NCBI RefSeq assembly: GCF_006345805.1
Contig: NC_043000.1
Span: 47,926,001 to 47,990,000, forward strand
Source: Octopus sinensis
Lineage: Eukaryota
DNA: 64,000 nucleotides
Direction of reading: 5' to 3'
Shown: piece by piece, positions 61,626 through 64,000 of the stretch
Layout: every line of letters begins with the position of its first letter
Numbering within the stretch: the stretch's first letter is position 1
Position numbers and translations under genes: made by a program
The notes under the pieces: model-generated
Told to the model about the DNA's origin: nothing
Seen by the model: the letters and a program-made list of their open reading frames with translations, nothing else
Database searches by the model: none

Positions 61626-62080
61626 ACTGATTTCGATGTGTGTGTGTGTAGACATATATATACATATACATATTCATATCCATATACATGTATGTGTACA
61701 TGTATGTAAATATATATATATATATATATAATTATCTCTCTTTCACATAGTTGCATATATATATATATATATATACATGGTATGAGGAATTATATCCTTC
61801 CTCCTACTAATATGGAATGAAAACTTTGTATGATAGCATGAAATAGTAATATTATCACCCATTCCTTAGTCATGATTAGCACCAGTGAAACCGGAGAACT
61901 ATGTAAATATTTTATCTCCTAAAGTATGTGCATATTTTGTACATGTTCCTTCTTTTTGTATTTTAACAAGATTTGTGGGTATTATTATAACATTATCTTT
62001 ATGTTCTTAGCTGATTAAGTGCTTTTCTACATGTTGAAGCCTTACCACATGATAAATTATATATTTATATAAATATAGGC

Positions 62081-62239
62081 ATAGGAGTGGGTGTGTGGTA
62101 AGTAGCTTGCTTACCAACCACATGGTTCCAGGTTCAGTCCCACTGCGTGGCACCTTAGGTAAGTGTCTTCTAATATAGCCTCGGGTCGACCAAAGCCTTG
62201 TGAGTGGATTTGGCAGACGGAAACTGAAAGAAGCCCGTC

Positions 62240-62283
<44 letters not shown>

Positions 62284-62412
62284 GTATACATGTGTGTGTA
62301 TATGTTTGTGTGTCAGTGTTTGTCCCACCAACATCACTTGACAACCGATGCTGGTGTGTTTACGTCCCTGTAACTTAGCAGTTCGGCAAAAGGGACTGAT
62401 AGAATATGTACT
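62081..62412 (+). mobile_element. SINE family B, 3' truncated
   Basis: Matches the first ~330 bp of 22159-22585. Confidence 0.85.
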
Positions 62413-62490
62413 AATTTTAGTACTGAGTCAATGTAATCAACTAGTATCCTCCCGCAAAATTTCAGGCTTTGTGTCTTATCATCATCATCA

Positions 62491-62529
<39 letters not shown>

Positions 62530-62552
62530 TATTATATTATTATTATTATTAT

Positions 62553-62865
62553 ATGTTTGACTTTTGCTTTATATTTGTACAAGTTGGCTCCAAGTCTCAC
62601 CCGGAGATCTCAAGAGACAACAGGTTGAAAGTTCACGTTGTTGTTATGCCTAGTGTGCCATATATTTGGTTGTTTTTTGTGTTGTACTAGTGGATGTCTA
62701 AAAAAAAAAATGTTTGTTTTAAACCTTAAGATTACATAGAAAGTATTTTGCGTAGGATATGAGCAGTTCCCATGAGCACTATCTTTTGAATTTCTGCCAT
62801 TTTTGGGTTTCCTGGTATCTGAGTTAGGTAGCAATCAGCCCCTTTTTCTATCATATAATTATTAT
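62553..62865 (-). mobile_element. 5'-truncated R4/Dong-like copy, family C
   Basis: MIEKGADCYLTQIPGNPKMAEIQKIVLMGTAHILRKILSM* plus 3'UTR; (ATT)n on both sides. Confidence 0.85.
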
Positions 62866-62892
62866 TATCATTATTATTATTATTATTATTCT

Positions 62893-63045
62893 ATGTTTGA
62901 CTTTTGCTTTATATTTGTACAAGTTGGCTCCAAGTCTCACCCAGAGACCTCAAGAGACAACAGGTTGGAAGTTCATGTTGTTGTTATGCCTAGTGTGCCA
63001 TATATTTGGGGGGGGGAGTTTTTGGTGTTGTACTAATGAATGTCT
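62893..63045 (-). mobile_element. 3'UTR-only copy of Dong-like family C
   Basis: Near-identical to 62553-62700. Confidence 0.85.
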
Positions 63046-63093
63046 AAAATATTATCATTATTATTATTATATTATTATTATTATTTTTATTTT

Positions 63094-63283
63094 TTTAGCG
63101 TGCTTTCACTTCACTACCGAGCACAGCTCTGTGTGCCTTGGGTATGTGCTGTAATTTGTTGTGATGCTCTGATGGTTATTGTATGGAAAGTGTTCTGCGT
63201 AGGATGTGTGCAGTGCCTAGTAGTGCAATTTTCTGTATGTTATATATGTTTGTAAGTCCTGGTGTTTTTGTTATGTATTTGTC

Positions 63284-63285
<2 letters not shown>
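63094..63285 (-). mobile_element. 5'-truncated R4/Dong-like copy, family D
   Basis: DKYITKTPGLTNIYNIQKIALLGTAHILRRTLSIQ* plus a distinct 3'UTR; (ATT)n on both sides. Confidence 0.8.
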
Positions 63286-63356
<71 letters not shown>

Positions 63357-63380
63357 TATTATTATTATTATTGCTATTAT

Positions 63381-63597
63381 TAAGGTGGTGAGCTGGCAGA
63401 ATTAATAGCATGCCAGGCAAAATATGCTTAGCAAGATTTCATCTGGTTTTAGGTTTTGAGTTCAAATTTGGCCAAGGTAGACTTTGCCTTTTATCCTTTT
63501 GGATTTGATAAATTAAGTACCAGTGAATCACTGACGTTGATGTGATCAACTGGTCCTCTCCCTCAAAATTTCAGGCCTTGTGCCTATATCAGAAAGG

Positions 63598-63600
<3 letters not shown>
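63381..63600 (+). mobile_element. SINE family A, tail type 1
   Basis: TTAAGGTGGTGAGCTGGCAG head to CAGAAAGGATT(ATT)n tail. Confidence 0.85.
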
Positions 63601-63645
<45 letters not shown>

Positions 63646-64000
63646 ATCATTAATATATAATATTTGTTGTGGTTATGGTAAATGTGGTGGCCATTATGGT
63701 TGTGGTTGTGAAAGTGTTGTGATGGTGATGGTTGTTGTGGTAGAAGTGTGGCAGTGGTTGTGTTGCTGTGGTTATGGTTTCAGTGATAGTTTTAGTTCTG
63801 GTAGTGGAGTGTTGGTGGTGGTGGTGGTGGTGGTAGCAGTGATTGTGGTACTGGTGGGGGTAGTGGTGGTGGTGGTGGTGGTAGTGGGGGTAGTAGTAGT
63901 GGTGGTGGTTGTAGCAGTGGTGGTAGTAGTAGTGGTGGTGGCGGTTGTAGCAGTGATTTTACTAGCGGTGTTGGTAATGGTGGTAGTAACAGTGGTGGTG

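Overview
AT-rich, microsatellite-saturated eukaryotic DNA. The SINE families and repeat landscape point to an octopus/cephalopod genome (inference). I find no host gene exon, rRNA, true tRNA or CRISPR array that I can support; most of the ORF track is translated microsatellite. The window is a graveyard of mobile elements: R4/Dong-like RLE retrotransposons stacked in (TAA)n arrays at both ends, several RTE LINE remnants (two with 5' inversions), L1/Tx1 and Penelope (GIY-YIG) remnants, DD37D, Tc1 and mariner DNA transposons, two complete non-autonomous Helitrons, at least four SINE families and a 2-kb foldback A/T-tract satellite. The most interesting signal is catalytic RNA. Five palindromic elements carry outward-pointing minimal hammerhead ribozyme motifs, some with non-canonical cores (G3/C8 swap, U4C), and an RTE 5'UTR carries the 3' half of a twister ribozyme. 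All coordinates, alignments and folds were worked out by eye and boundaries may be off by a few bases.
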